A stretch of 64,000 nt of DNA, from IMG/VR virus record IMGVR_UViG_3300035498_000404, positions 38,895 through 102,894 of that record. The stretch is one strand, 5' to 3'. The notes beneath the pieces were generated by a model. The model did no database searches and had not been told where the DNA came from. It worked only from the letters and a program-made list of their open reading frames with translations. A program made the position numbers and the translations under genes. The stretch comes from a virus (lineage: Duplodnaviria > Caudoviricetes). Positions 42,801 to 51,852 of the stretch are shown here, one piece after another. Position 1 is the first letter of the stretch. Every line of letters starts with the position of its first letter.

Positions 42801-43005
42801 GAATATACTTCATACCAGCAGATTCTATGGCTTCTTTTTTTGCAGTCCACGACGCAATAGAACCGTGTTCTGAAAACGCGAGTGCGGTCATGCCGCATTC
42901 CTTTGCCTTTTGTATGTATTGTTCATACGTAGTAATAGAATCAATATTTGTAACAATGTTTGACAACATTGTATGACAATGATAGACTGTGTAATTTTTG
43001 TTCAT
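39805..43005 (-). CDS. dnaE: DNA polymerase III alpha subunit (family C)
   Basis: PHP domain (HCHT, SEHG, TDTH), GPGRGSA, PDVDTD, HPSG. Confidence 0.95.
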   Translation of the reverse strand: MNKNYTVYHCHTMLSNIVTNIDSITTYEQYIQKAKECGMTALAFSEHGSIASWTAKKEAIESAGMKYIHAQEFYVTEKLFVNVGDTPKQVRDNYHCVLIAKNYEGVKELNVLSSAAFNREDGHYYYNPRITFDELVETSDNIIICTACIASILGRGSEELQKRFIDFLKNNSNRCFLEIQHHNTYSQKEYNLKMYELGKQTGIRLIAATDTHCLNKEHEIGRQALQNGKNVYFDGEDGWDLTFKTYEELVSSFRIQGVLDEETFLTAIENTNVMADMIEPFELDKSFKFPKVYENPEEVLYNKLYSEEAIQKIVNEGFSREEVVQRIDLEFNTFIALNSVDYILLIDYIIQWANSNGIFVGPGRGSAVSSLALYMLGVTDVNPLKYGFYFWRFLDKDKYSAPDVDTDWPPSSSEKIKKFMLDGHLGLEKVQTAQIITFNTIALRGAIRDIGRGLNMSLVEVDEIAKAVHEINDDENKETVIDDEWREKYPELFKYVDIVIGTIVSVGTHPSGILVTDHDIITELGTCMLSGNPYQVCCLDMKQLDALGFVKEDILQLDTVQIVNDSCKLAGIERISPRNLTFDDDNVWDSIREDTSLIFQMNSNYGQRTASKMYSPKIWAKIKENVPNMTKFDLMAYINALIRPCGKNVYPIVTEGNVRKTGIKDIDDVLAAEMGYPILQETQMEFVQKFCGYSFLESDALRKCVAKKKGTRKQLPKIKEGFEKNAKIKYNLTQEQSDEIIEPFLQCILDATRYAFGRGHDYSYSCISYECAWLRYYYPLQYLTSCLNAWNGDVDKTNDATQYAEKIGIKINSPKFRYSKAEYFFDEDTNCIYKGTSSIKYMNAAVSDALYELRDMTFNNFTDVLKAVQTTGIDARQLGILIKLDYFSEFGNARELMLIYNNFVFFKQGNSKQINKDKITDQTLYSIIARNANETEKQFNKLNCDNILLECEEYIRCQNVTDFHYKMKIQDEKEYMGYISLKTGKQEDRPKVIVLEKRTLKSKEDNTPWAVAIEAQSIGSGKKSSYTVPYSVYKKEKFNENDIINIKNWSKNRKGYFYINAYELVL

Positions 43006-43964
43006 TTCAATTTCTCCAAAATCTTATATTGCACAACATCTAAATCATTTGGGATATTTTTTAGAATAATTTGGTTTATTTTGTCACTATCTTCTCGACC
43101 AAATCCGATATATCTGATGTCTTTTCTAGGCCGACAATTTATTCCAAATTCATTTTTTAGATATTCAACAAATAATTCTTTCTCTTCTTTTGAAAATGAC
43201 GCAATACATATATCCCAAAAGTTTGATTTTGAATTATATCCATCATCCAAAAAGAATATGGCCAATTCAAATTCATTTAAGCCAGAAATAATTTCCGATT
43301 TCGACATACTTCTAATTTCTTTCAAACAATCAAGTTCTCTTGTAGCAACTCTATATTGGTCTTGGCAAACATATTCTTTGCCGTTTATTTTTATTGTTTT
43401 ACCTGTAACATATCTTGGAGTGACGTTGCACAAATTTTTTAATATATCGTATTTCCAAAATAAATAATCTTTTTGATTAACAGCATGATTAACTATAAAA
43501 ATCGGAGAATTTTCTCTTTTGTCTATATGCCCGTCTCCAAGCATAGAAGCCAAAATAAGCTCTCTTTGAGTTTCATTTAATTTAGTATTTTTCTTTATAA
43601 ACCCCTTTGTGAGATGATGTTTTTCTGTACACCATTTTTCAATTACACGGTAAGAACATCCAGCTTCTTCTGCCATTTCATGTGGATTTTTACCTTCCAC
43701 TATTCTTTTTTGATAGCACCAATCATAATTTTGATATATTGCTTTATAACGAGGGTCATTTTTGGCATATGCATAGTTTAGTTCAAATCCATATTTTTCT
43801 TTGTTTCTGCTTATAAAATCAGTGTATACACCCAAGTATTTACACAATTCTATATCTCCTGTGAAATATTTGCTATTATCATTAATCCACCGAACGAGTT
43901 CTTCGTCAATGACCCAATATCCACATTTATCTTTAACCAAATTGGGTTTTTCAATAGAATCCAT
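43002..43964 (-). CDS. Free-standing LAGLIDADG-type endonuclease-like protein
   Basis: LILASMLGDG and AIFFLDDG motifs; HTH-like N-terminal part. Confidence 0.75.
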   Translation of the reverse strand: MDSIEKPNLVKDKCGYWVIDEELVRWINDNSKYFTGDIELCKYLGVYTDFISRNKEKYGFELNYAYAKNDPRYKAIYQNYDWCYQKRIVEGKNPHEMAEEAGCSYRVIEKWCTEKHHLTKGFIKKNTKLNETQRELILASMLGDGHIDKRENSPIFIVNHAVNQKDYLFWKYDILKNLCNVTPRYVTGKTIKINGKEYVCQDQYRVATRELDCLKEIRSMSKSEIISGLNEFELAIFFLDDGYNSKSNFWDICIASFSKEEKELFVEYLKNEFGINCRPRKDIRYIGFGREDSDKINQIILKNIPNDLDVVQYKILEKLK

Positions 43965-43994
43965 ACCGTCACCTCTATGCTATTTTACATATCT

Positions 43995-44023
43995 ATTATA
44001 ACACAAAAATCCGCTTTTGTCAA
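43995..44023 (-). promoter_or_regulatory. Sigma-A promoter overlapping a hairpin (AATCCGCTT/AAGCGGATT)
   Basis: TTGACA-17-TGnTATAAT. Confidence 0.8.
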
Positions 44024-44061
44024 GCGGATTGGGAAAATTTTTATATTATTTTTTATTAGAA

Positions 44062-46044
44062 TTAATACGGACAATGCTCTGTCATCTGCTCATAAGAAAG
44101 CAATCTGTCACCAATGATTTTGCCCCCATTTGCGAACGTGATACCGTCATAATTGATACTTCTATCATCCCAAGAATACCGTCGCATTTTGGCGATATTG
44201 TTATCAAATAGCCTACGAGTTGCCCTGTCATAATACAGGCCAACAGTAGCACCCTTTGTGCCGAGTGTTCTATCCTTAAAAACCATCAACTGGCGGTCAA
44301 ATCCGTCATCAACTAGCGGCTGCAATCTTGCTTTGTCAAGGCCAAAAATTCTATCAGCCATATTTACAAATGAACTTGAACCCAAAATTGAATACTCGTT
44401 CAAGGTTTCCCCAACAGCAAGCTTTCTAGGATGGGCGACAATATGAACTTCTACCTGATTTTTCTTACAGAAATGAATCAGCTTGTTGATGAAATCAACC
44501 TGTTTGCCAGTGATTTCTTCATTTGTCTGACCTTTGAAGTTCATGCACATCCAGTTGTCAATAACAAAAACTTTTGCTCCACGCTTACGGTATGTATATT
44601 CCATTGTGTCAAAAACATCGTCTGCACTGGATAAAAGCAGATTATCGTATACAAAAACCCTATTTCGATAATATTCTTTTATAGCCTGAATTGCTTGCGG
44701 AGTAACTTTATAATAATTAAACCCATTAGGAGAGGTGTATTCAATTGTATGGTATCGACCAGCAGCCTGTGAAATAATCCAATTCAACATCTGAGCACAA
44801 CTAAGTTCCGCATTAAACCAATAGACCTTTTCTCCACGGTCAATGGCTTCAAGAACACAAGATTGTGAAAGAATAGTAGATTTACCAACGCCAGTCAATG
44901 CCGTCCAGATATTTAATGTGCCGTCAACAAATCCATAAATTTCTCTATCAAAAGAACTAATTCCAGAGGGAATATAACCAGTTTTTTCAATATCAAATTC
45001 TTCTGCGTCCATCAGGTCAACAATGTTTTCCAAAGGAATCTCTTCTGCGTTATTAATCATTGCAAGAACTCGGCTTGCGCCGCATCCTAATAAGCAATTA
45101 TTAGCATCGGTTTTACGAATAACCGATTCTGTAAATTGATGGTAATATTTTTCAACAGCGTCTTCGTCTTCGCTCAAAGGCTTAACAATTTTACAACGAT
45201 ATTCTCCAAGGCGCGGAAGAACCTTTTTCGTGCCAGCATCACCAGCATTGTCGTTGTCAAACCAAAGAGTAATTTCTTCAAACTGTTCTAACCAAGAATA
45301 ATTAAATCTAATCCAGTTATCATCATCAGCACCGCCGGGAATAGATACGACATTGGTATATCCTGCTTCAATACAAGCTAAACAGTCATTATAACCCTCG
45401 ACGATAAGTAGTGGCTTTGTTACATCAACTTTATCCATATTATAAAGAGAATGACAAGAACTCGCATTTTTCTGCCAGAACATTTTTGGTTCATCTGCCC
45501 TTAACGCATGGGACGGACGATATTTAACGCCAATAATTTTGCCATCTAAATCACGAAGTTGATAAGCGACATTATTATAAGCATCCATTCGGAGGTCTAC
45601 ATACTGCATAGTTTTTTCCGAAATACCACGCTTTATCATATAAGCCTTGGCAGTACCATCAATCTTTCTAATTTCTTCTTTAGGATAAACATAATTTTTA
45701 AGCCAATTATCCTTATCATCATCTTTGGGATTAAATAATTTAGGATTATACTCAATCTTTGCTAAATCAAGCATTCTGCGAACCGCTTTCATATACGATT
45801 CATCATTTTTAATCATAAAGTAATCAATAAGACCAAATGTTTTTCCGGTAGAGAAATCCTTAAAATAATACTCCTTTTTATTCCACATCATAGATGGGGT
45901 ATTATCATTTACATTAAAAATAGACTTCGCGCTGCCCTTTTCTGGACTCCAATTTTCAAGAGGATAGCCAGTGGCAATTATCTCGGCGGCAGTATCACCG
46001 AGAACTTCTTTTGCTTCTTTAATTTTGTCAAAAAGTTCACTCAC
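44062..46044 (-). CDS. Primase-helicase (Toprim + SF4, T7 gp4/Twinkle-like)
   Basis: IVEGYND, FDNDNAG, TGVGKS, IVAHPRK. Confidence 0.9.
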   Translation of the reverse strand: MSELFDKIKEAKEVLGDTAAEIIATGYPLENWSPEKGSAKSIFNVNDNTPSMMWNKKEYYFKDFSTGKTFGLIDYFMIKNDESYMKAVRRMLDLAKIEYNPKLFNPKDDDKDNWLKNYVYPKEEIRKIDGTAKAYMIKRGISEKTMQYVDLRMDAYNNVAYQLRDLDGKIIGVKYRPSHALRADEPKMFWQKNASSCHSLYNMDKVDVTKPLLIVEGYNDCLACIEAGYTNVVSIPGGADDDNWIRFNYSWLEQFEEITLWFDNDNAGDAGTKKVLPRLGEYRCKIVKPLSEDEDAVEKYYHQFTESVIRKTDANNCLLGCGASRVLAMINNAEEIPLENIVDLMDAEEFDIEKTGYIPSGISSFDREIYGFVDGTLNIWTALTGVGKSTILSQSCVLEAIDRGEKVYWFNAELSCAQMLNWIISQAAGRYHTIEYTSPNGFNYYKVTPQAIQAIKEYYRNRVFVYDNLLLSSADDVFDTMEYTYRKRGAKVFVIDNWMCMNFKGQTNEEITGKQVDFINKLIHFCKKNQVEVHIVAHPRKLAVGETLNEYSILGSSSFVNMADRIFGLDKARLQPLVDDGFDRQLMVFKDRTLGTKGATVGLYYDRATRRLFDNNIAKMRRYSWDDRSINYDGITFANGGKIIGDRLLSYEQMTEHCPY

Positions 46045-46045
46045 T

Positions 46046-46720
46046 TTATATACCCCTTAATCTATTATTAGCTGTATTAAAATACTCTTCATTAATCTCG
46101 CAACCTATAAACTCTCTATTTAATTCTATTGCTGCAACTCCTGTGCTACCAGAACCCATAAATGGGTCAAATACAATTTCTCCTTCATTACTACTATTAA
46201 TAATAAAGTTCTTCAAAATAAATACAGGCTTACAGGTTGGATGATTAAACCGATGCTTGTCTTTTACATTTAATTTAGTAATATAATACGTGGATTTAGT
46301 TGTATAATTACCATAAATTCTCACTCCACGTTCTCTGAAAAATAAGATAAACTCTTTATCCGTAATATATTTATTCCCACAATTGGGAATTGGGTTGCTT
46401 TTAATCCAATCAATTATATTCCAATTACAACCTTTTTCTTTTACAAAATAATCAAGTAATGGAATAATTTGTTTTTGACTGCAAAATATGTAGCAGTTTA
46501 TTTTCTTCATTACCCTACACATTTCATCCAAGGTTTCACGAGAAAATCCATTTTTCATTCCAACAAGCTCTTTTACATAACGCTTATCAGACTTTTTATA
46601 CATTCCTCTGCCATCCGTATAAATTTCATATGGAGGGTCTGTGACGATTAAATCAATGCAATTATCAGGAAGATTTTTCATATATTCTAAACAATCATTA
46701 TTATGTATTTTAAATCCCAT
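46046..46720 (-). CDS. N6-adenine DNA methyltransferase
   Basis: DPPY, HPTCKP, DPFMGSGSTG. Confidence 0.9.
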   Translation of the reverse strand: MGFKIHNNDCLEYMKNLPDNCIDLIVTDPPYEIYTDGRGMYKKSDKRYVKELVGMKNGFSRETLDEMCRVMKKINCYIFCSQKQIIPLLDYFVKEKGCNWNIIDWIKSNPIPNCGNKYITDKEFILFFRERGVRIYGNYTTKSTYYITKLNVKDKHRFNHPTCKPVFILKNFIINSSNEGEIVFDPFMGSGSTGVAAIELNREFIGCEINEEYFNTANNRLRGI

Positions 46721-46729
46721 AATTGCTCC

Positions 46730-47497
46730 TTAATCTTGACATTTATATTTACAACTGTGTCTTATGCCACAGAAATTATAACAAAACCAATCAAATTGAT
46801 TATTATTTTCTTCTAAGATTGGAGCAAACATAAACTCTGATTGAATTGTATTTATTCTATCTTCTGCCCAATCCATAACTTCATTTAACCTATCTAGGTC
46901 AAAATCAACCCAAGTCCATTTATTTATTCTAAACATAAAGAACGCCATTTTCTTAGGATATTCGCCATAGAGTTGTTTTACTGCATACGCATAAAAGTAC
47001 AACTGTTTTTCATACTCTAAACGTTCAGCCTTAGACTTCCAGTTTCCTTTACTTTTATAATCTACAACGATTAACCCGTCTTGGTCTTTATATTTAGCTA
47101 TTAAGTCAATACGCCCATTGATTCTGAATTTATTTTCATATACTAAATCAAAATCTTGTTCCGCATCAACAACATCAAAATCAAATCCTTCAAAATTCTG
47201 AAAAAATTCTAATCCTTTGTTATAGTAATTTTCCGAGAAATCTTTATAAAAATTTTCTGTCATATACATAGTAAAATCAGAAGAAATGTTTTCCCAATAA
47301 TGGTCTATGTAATAATCTAATAATTCAGAAAGTTGAAGTTCCCCTTTGTTCCATTTTTCAAGAATCATATGAACGTAAGTACCAAATTCACTTGTTCCAT
47401 GACTTTCTTCTGGTAAAGTTTTGTCATAATAGTGCATATAATAATAATACTTACAATTTCCAAATGACTTTAACTTAGAAAATGAATATGTTTCCAA
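46730..47497 (-). CDS. PD-(D/E)XK (RecB/Cas4-like) exonuclease
   Basis: SFSKL..C, G...H, GRID, VDYKS, QL.FY, C-terminal Cys. Confidence 0.85.
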   Translation of the reverse strand: METYSFSKLKSFGNCKYYYYMHYYDKTLPEESHGTSEFGTYVHMILEKWNKGELQLSELLDYYIDHYWENISSDFTMYMTENFYKDFSENYYNKGLEFFQNFEGFDFDVVDAEQDFDLVYENKFRINGRIDLIAKYKDQDGLIVVDYKSKGNWKSKAERLEYEKQLYFYAYAVKQLYGEYPKKMAFFMFRINKWTWVDFDLDRLNEVMDWAEDRINTIQSEFMFAPILEENNNQFDWFCYNFCGIRHSCKYKCQD

Positions 47498-47507
47498 ATA
47501 ACCACCG

Positions 47508-48260
47508 TCAATTCTCTAACTCTTTCAATCTATTTTTTGCAATATTAAAATATTCTTCATTTAATTCCATACCAATAAAATTTCTATTAGTATTCAAACA
47601 AGCAACTCCTGTACTTCCACTCCCCATGCAATTATCCAAAACAATATCTCCCTCATTGGAATATGTCTTAATTAAATATTCTAATAAGGCAACTGGCTTC
47701 TGTGTTGGATGTGTCTTTTCTTTGTCCAAATTGAATTTTTGAATAGAACGGGGGTATCTAGTTCCCTCATTTACAGTAATAACTTGTTCAATTTTAGAAC
47801 GTACTGTACTGTTATTCGTAGCCATTTTTTGTTTGCCACTTTTTTGCGTGTAAGACTCCCCAACTTCCATTTGCGGATTGTATATCATATTTCCTTTTTT
47901 AGAATATGAAGTAGCCATTTTACCAAATATCATAATATCTTCATGTACTTTTGCTGGCTGATACTTAAAATTCAAGAAATTCGCCCCACTTGGTTTTTCC
48001 CATTTCCAATCATATTTGTACATCTTAATATTGCTAATTCTAAGATAAGAAGAAAATGGTTCGCAACCGAATAATACAATGGCTCTATCGTCTTTGATAA
48101 TGCGATTATACTGTTCCCATAATTTGTCAAATGGAATAACAACATCCCATTTACAGGCGCTTGTACCGTATGGCAAATCACATAAAATCATATCAATTGA
48201 CTTGTCTGGAATGTTTTTCATTAGTTCAAGGCAATCACCATTATAAATTTTATAACTCAT
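47508..48260 (-). CDS. N6/N4 DNA methyltransferase
   Basis: DLPY, HPTQKP, MGSGSTG; likely ATG at 48260. Confidence 0.9.
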   Translation of the reverse strand: MSYKIYNGDCLELMKNIPDKSIDMILCDLPYGTSACKWDVVIPFDKLWEQYNRIIKDDRAIVLFGCEPFSSYLRISNIKMYKYDWKWEKPSGANFLNFKYQPAKVHEDIMIFGKMATSYSKKGNMIYNPQMEVGESYTQKSGKQKMATNNSTVRSKIEQVITVNEGTRYPRSIQKFNLDKEKTHPTQKPVALLEYLIKTYSNEGDIVLDNCMGSGSTGVACLNTNRNFIGMELNEEYFNIAKNRLKELEN

Positions 48261-48345
48261 ACTGTCTCCTAATAAAAAAATAAAAGGGCTGGGCGTTACC
48301 GCCCGCCCCAATTAGCTTAAAGCATTATAAACTATATTTTGTTCC

Positions 48346-48780
48346 TTAGAACGGAAGGTCAGAAGCGTTGTCAACAGGTGCATGAGTGCTATTTGTATAA
48401 GTACGAGCAGCAGGAGCAGAAGTGACAGTAGAACCGTCAGCAGCTCTCGGCTCAACAAACTCCGCATTGTCAACAACAACCACAACGTCACGCAACTTCG
48501 CAGGAACGCCATTGGAATCGACGAACTTCTTACTGTCGAATTCATTCACCTGTAAATGACCTTGAATTGCAACGCGATTGCCCTTATGAAAATACTTCGC
48601 AAGAAACTCAGCAGTAGCACCAAATGCAGTAAAGTTCACCCAGTCAGTGACGGTATTATCGCTATTGCGACTGCGACGGTCATGCGCCAGAGAAAAACTT
48701 GCGACAGAAGTTTCACCAGCAGTACGCAGTTCAATATCATTGCCGAGACGGCCAATAAAAGTTACATTATTACTAATCAT
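48346..48780 (-). CDS. ssb: Single-stranded DNA-binding protein
   Basis: OB-fold pattern; DLPF tail. Confidence 0.92.
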   Translation of the reverse strand: MISNNVTFIGRLGNDIELRTAGETSVASFSLAHDRRSRNSDNTVTDWVNFTAFGATAEFLAKYFHKGNRVAIQGHLQVNEFDSKKFVDSNGVPAKLRDVVVVVDNAEFVEPRAADGSTVTSAPAARTYTNSTHAPVDNASDLPF

Positions 48781-48799
48781 ATTTTAATCTCCTAATCAA

Positions 48800-49840
48800 T
48801 TACTCAGCGAGTGAATTAAACTCGTTATAGATAGCTGTCAGAACGTCCATGTCCTTAATCTCGCGGATATTAGGTGTTCCATCAGGATTCAAACTACGAA
48901 CGATATTTGCAGCCTGTACACCGCTAACCTTGCCGCCCTTTACAAGAGCATTTCCAAGAGAAGCAACCTGTTCTGCGAAATCAGCAATTTCAACAGCAGA
49001 TGCGACATTACTGGTTTTTGGAGCTTCACTTGCAGCGGTCATAACAGGAGCTTCTGTTTTCTTCTCAACAGCACCACCAGCCAACCAATTAGCAAGTTCG
49101 ATACCAAGTTGCGGAGTAATCAGGAAATACTTGCTGTTATTCTTTGAATACTGTTCAATCACGCCAGAACGGTCTTTGGAAACTTCTGCCATATGATTGA
49201 CATCCAAATCTAAGAACATAGACAATTCATACTCAAATCCATCACGAATCTGAGGTGCTAAACCAACCTTACGAATAGTGGTATGTCCCTTTTCGTCCTT
49301 TTCCTGAACATACTCAGTCTTGGAACGAACAGTCACAATCATGTGCATATCAGTCTGCAAAATTGCATCAACAAACTTATTCCATTGAGGGGTAATATCT
49401 CGCCATGAAGTATATCCATTGCCAGTTCGTTTTGCAACATTGCTTTGCTGCTCAAGCAAACCAGATTTGCCTATCCAAATATGCGAAGCACTATCCAGAA
49501 CGCAAACCTCAATATCATTGTCCTTTGCAAGCTCAATAGCTTCAATATACTTATCGGCAGTAAACGGAGGCTGGAGAGAAATCACATTATACTCTCCAAT
49601 TTTAATTCTACTTTCAGGAACAGTCATACCCACATAAAGTTCGGCAGAACCGTTCTCGGTGTCAATGACACAAATAGAACCCCAAATATCTTCTTCAGAC
49701 CAATCAGGGTGTTCACCCTTTACAATGCCGTAAGCAAGAATAAGTGAACTTAAAGTTTTTCCACCGCCACTGGGAGCGGAAATGCCAATCTTCAACTTAA
49801 CTCGCTTACGCTGGGCGCGCTTAAATTGTAATGAACCCAT
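48800..49840 (-). CDS. Sak4-like AAA ATPase / recombinase
   Basis: PSGGGKT, IDTE, LDS.SH.W; next to ssb and exonuclease. Confidence 0.8.
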   Translation of the reverse strand: MGSLQFKRAQRKRVKLKIGISAPSGGGKTLSSLILAYGIVKGEHPDWSEEDIWGSICVIDTENGSAELYVGMTVPESRIKIGEYNVISLQPPFTADKYIEAIELAKDNDIEVCVLDSASHIWIGKSGLLEQQSNVAKRTGNGYTSWRDITPQWNKFVDAILQTDMHMIVTVRSKTEYVQEKDEKGHTTIRKVGLAPQIRDGFEYELSMFLDLDVNHMAEVSKDRSGVIEQYSKNNSKYFLITPQLGIELANWLAGGAVEKKTEAPVMTAASEAPKTSNVASAVEIADFAEQVASLGNALVKGGKVSGVQAANIVRSLNPDGTPNIREIKDMDVLTAIYNEFNSLAE

Positions 49841-49901
49841 AATTTTCTCCTTTGCTAGTTATTATATTTTATAATCACATAAAATATTATAAACTTTGGA
49901 A

Positions 49902-50225
49902 TTACTTGAACAGACTTGCAACGTGGTCATTGTACTCCTGTTCCATCTCTGCAATCCGCTGATTATGCAGAGCGACAAGATTCTCTTCAACCTCTTTCTG
50001 ATTCTCGCACCATGCAATCAGCTTATTCAGAGAACTAATTGCAGCCTTGTGGGAATCTCGCTTCGCCATCTTTTCGCGAATCTTGTACTTCCGAGTAGCA
50101 AGGTCAATACCTACGTTCTCGTCAAAGTTGTCCTCATTGCAAACTGCAATTGCCTTAATCTTACGACCAGCAATAGAGCCAGTAGCAATAACACGATTGT
50201 TGTCCTTCAAAACCTTAATACGCAT
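49902..50225 (-). CDS. Hypothetical protein
   Basis: A.C..ED.FD..G..LA pattern; first gene after promoter. Confidence 0.65.
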   Translation of the reverse strand: MRIKVLKDNNRVIATGSIAGRKIKAIAVCNEDNFDENVGIDLATRKYKIREKMAKRDSHKAAISSLNKLIAWCENQKEVEENLVALHNQRIAEMEQEYNDHVASLFK

Positions 50226-50277
50226 AATCTAATACCTCTCTTTAAATTTATTTTGTATTTGGATTTCTTACAGTGTC

Positions 50278-50306
50278 ATTATACCACAATTTTTTCTGTT
50301 TGTCAA
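50278..50306 (-). promoter_or_regulatory. Sigma-A promoter
   Basis: TTGACA-17-TGnTATAAT. Confidence 0.85.
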
Positions 50307-50339
50307 GTAAAATTTTCAAATTTCTAAAAATATTTTTGA

Positions 50340-50945
50340 CTATACTCGGCTACGCCGACATTCTAGTTTAAATTCGATTGCCATTTTTTCCAAAACGCTT
50401 TCGACAGCTTTAAAAATTCCATTCTCTGAAAAATGAACTTCGTATTTATCAGAGAGACTAATAATTTCCTTTGTTGCATTGTCATACGATAATCCGGCAT
50501 TCTTGCGTTTCTTTACGTTGCCCTCTCCCATAGCATATATGTAAATCATGTCATTTTTATTACTTGACTTACTTTTGGCGTATTTCAGCATCATAATTCC
50601 AGCAAGAATATTTGTTTTAGGATTATAAAGTTCACTGGCACTTGTTAAAACTCCGTTCTTCTTTAAAAAATTAATTACGTCAGAAGAAGTCGAAATTTGC
50701 ATTAAGCCAACGTATTTAGTACCAACATTGTCTTTAAATCTTGATTCGTGATAAATAATAGCGATAACAACAGAATACGGAATATCATGTTCTTCGCATA
50801 AATTATTTGTATAAGTAATAAGTTCATTATCCCATTGCTCATACAATTCTAAATAATCATCTAAGTTGGATTGTGCATATGCGCACGGCAATAATGCACT
50901 AATTAAAATAATAAATGAAATAAAAATGCAAACAATTTTTTTCAT
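50340..50945 (-). CDS. Secreted lytic transglycosylase (SLT-like)
   Basis: Signal peptide, AIIYHES, GLMQI, NI.AG; ends in TAG (TGA at 50316 if read through). Confidence 0.8.
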   Translation of the reverse strand: MKKIVCIFISFIILISALLPCAYAQSNLDDYLELYEQWDNELITYTNNLCEEHDIPYSVVIAIIYHESRFKDNVGTKYVGLMQISTSSDVINFLKKNGVLTSASELYNPKTNILAGIMMLKYAKSKSSNKNDMIYIYAMGEGNVKKRKNAGLSYDNATKEIISLSDKYEVHFSENGIFKAVESVLEKMAIEFKLECRRSRV

Positions 50946-51149
50946 GCTAACACCTCATAATCGGTGTTGGTACTAAATCCTTGTCTGTAATGGGACTTTC
51001 ACCCACATATACTAAGTGAAATCAATTTTGTATATTAATTTCCAGTATTTAGACAAAAAATAATGCCGTCTTTCCGGCTGTCAACACATCTTTTTGGGAG
51101 TGTTTTGTAAATTAACAATTATACATGAATATAACTGTAATTGGCTAAA

Positions 51150-51365
51150 TCAAAAAACTTTGTCGATTGTCTTACCCTCATTGTTTAATAGGTAAGCCTT
51201 ATCATGGATTGCGAGTACAATGCCCTTATCTTCCCTCATATCAACACAGATACACTCAGAATCCTTATCATAGTAGGTGGAACAATTGTTCAGGCCGTCA
51301 ACATAATTCCAACGGTCAAACGATTCACCATTCTTTTCAACTCTTGTCAAATACTTTAAAATCAT
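51150..51365 (-). CDS. Hypothetical protein
   Basis: AYLLNNEGKTI motif. Confidence 0.6.
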   Translation of the reverse strand: MILKYLTRVEKNGESFDRWNYVDGLNNCSTYYDKDSECICVDMREDKGIVLAIHDKAYLLNNEGKTIDKVF

Positions 51366-51419
51366 TTTGCCCTCTCTCTTTCTATTAGAATTTGATTTAA
51401 TGACTACAAAATGCAGTCA

Positions 51420-51506
51420 TGGTACGGCAGCTCGGAATCGAACCGAGAAAGGTGTAAACCATGACAGTTTAGAAGACTGTTCCTGTGTCCATTGAGGCAC
51501 TACCGC
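51420..51506 (-). tRNA. tRNA-Arg(UCU) with extended variable arm
   Basis: GCGGTAG/CTGCCGT acceptor, ACAGT-CTTCTAA-ACTGT, CTCGG-TTCGATT-CCGAG, encoded CCA. Confidence 0.8.
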
Positions 51507-51596
51507 ATATAAAAGTGGACGAAACCTTTTAACTCGTCCATTAATAATAGTTTTAGAGGATGCACACCCAACATAATCTATTAGAATGTACACAAT

Positions 51597-51712
51597 TGGC
51601 ACTTGGGGTTGGATTTGAACCAACAGTCTACGCCTTGATAATGGAAGACTTTCTTGCTGTTACCGCCTAATAGACGGCATTTCGTCGCTTTAACCAATTA
51701 AGCTACCCAAGT
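51597..51712 (-). ncRNA. tRNA-like RNA (116 nt) with anticodon arm replaced by an ACAGCAA module
   Basis: Perfect acceptor ACTTGGG/CCCAAGT+GCCA, D arm, T arm; ~56 nt in place of the 17-nt anticodon arm. Confidence 0.8.
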
Positions 51713-51720
51713 ATAATATT

Positions 51721-51778
51721 TAGACGCTATTTTCGTTTGAAACCAAAAACAAACCAAAATAATTGCTGTAAGCGTCTA
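51721..51778 (-). ncRNA. ACAGCAA-motif hairpin RNA A
   Basis: TAGACGCT/AGCGTCTA stem, then TACAGCAATT, inner GTTTG/CAAAC stem. Confidence 0.65.
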
Positions 51779-51852
51779 TTGACATATGATTGTTACTGTA
51801 TTCTCTACTTGTTAATGGAATCGAAAACCTGTTACAAACGTCTGTCAATGTG

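Noticed and set aside
51420-51506. Amber suppressor tRNA (CUA)
   Set aside because: The 5-bp stem ACAGT/ACTGT centres UCU in the 7-nt loop; a CUA register breaks the stem.
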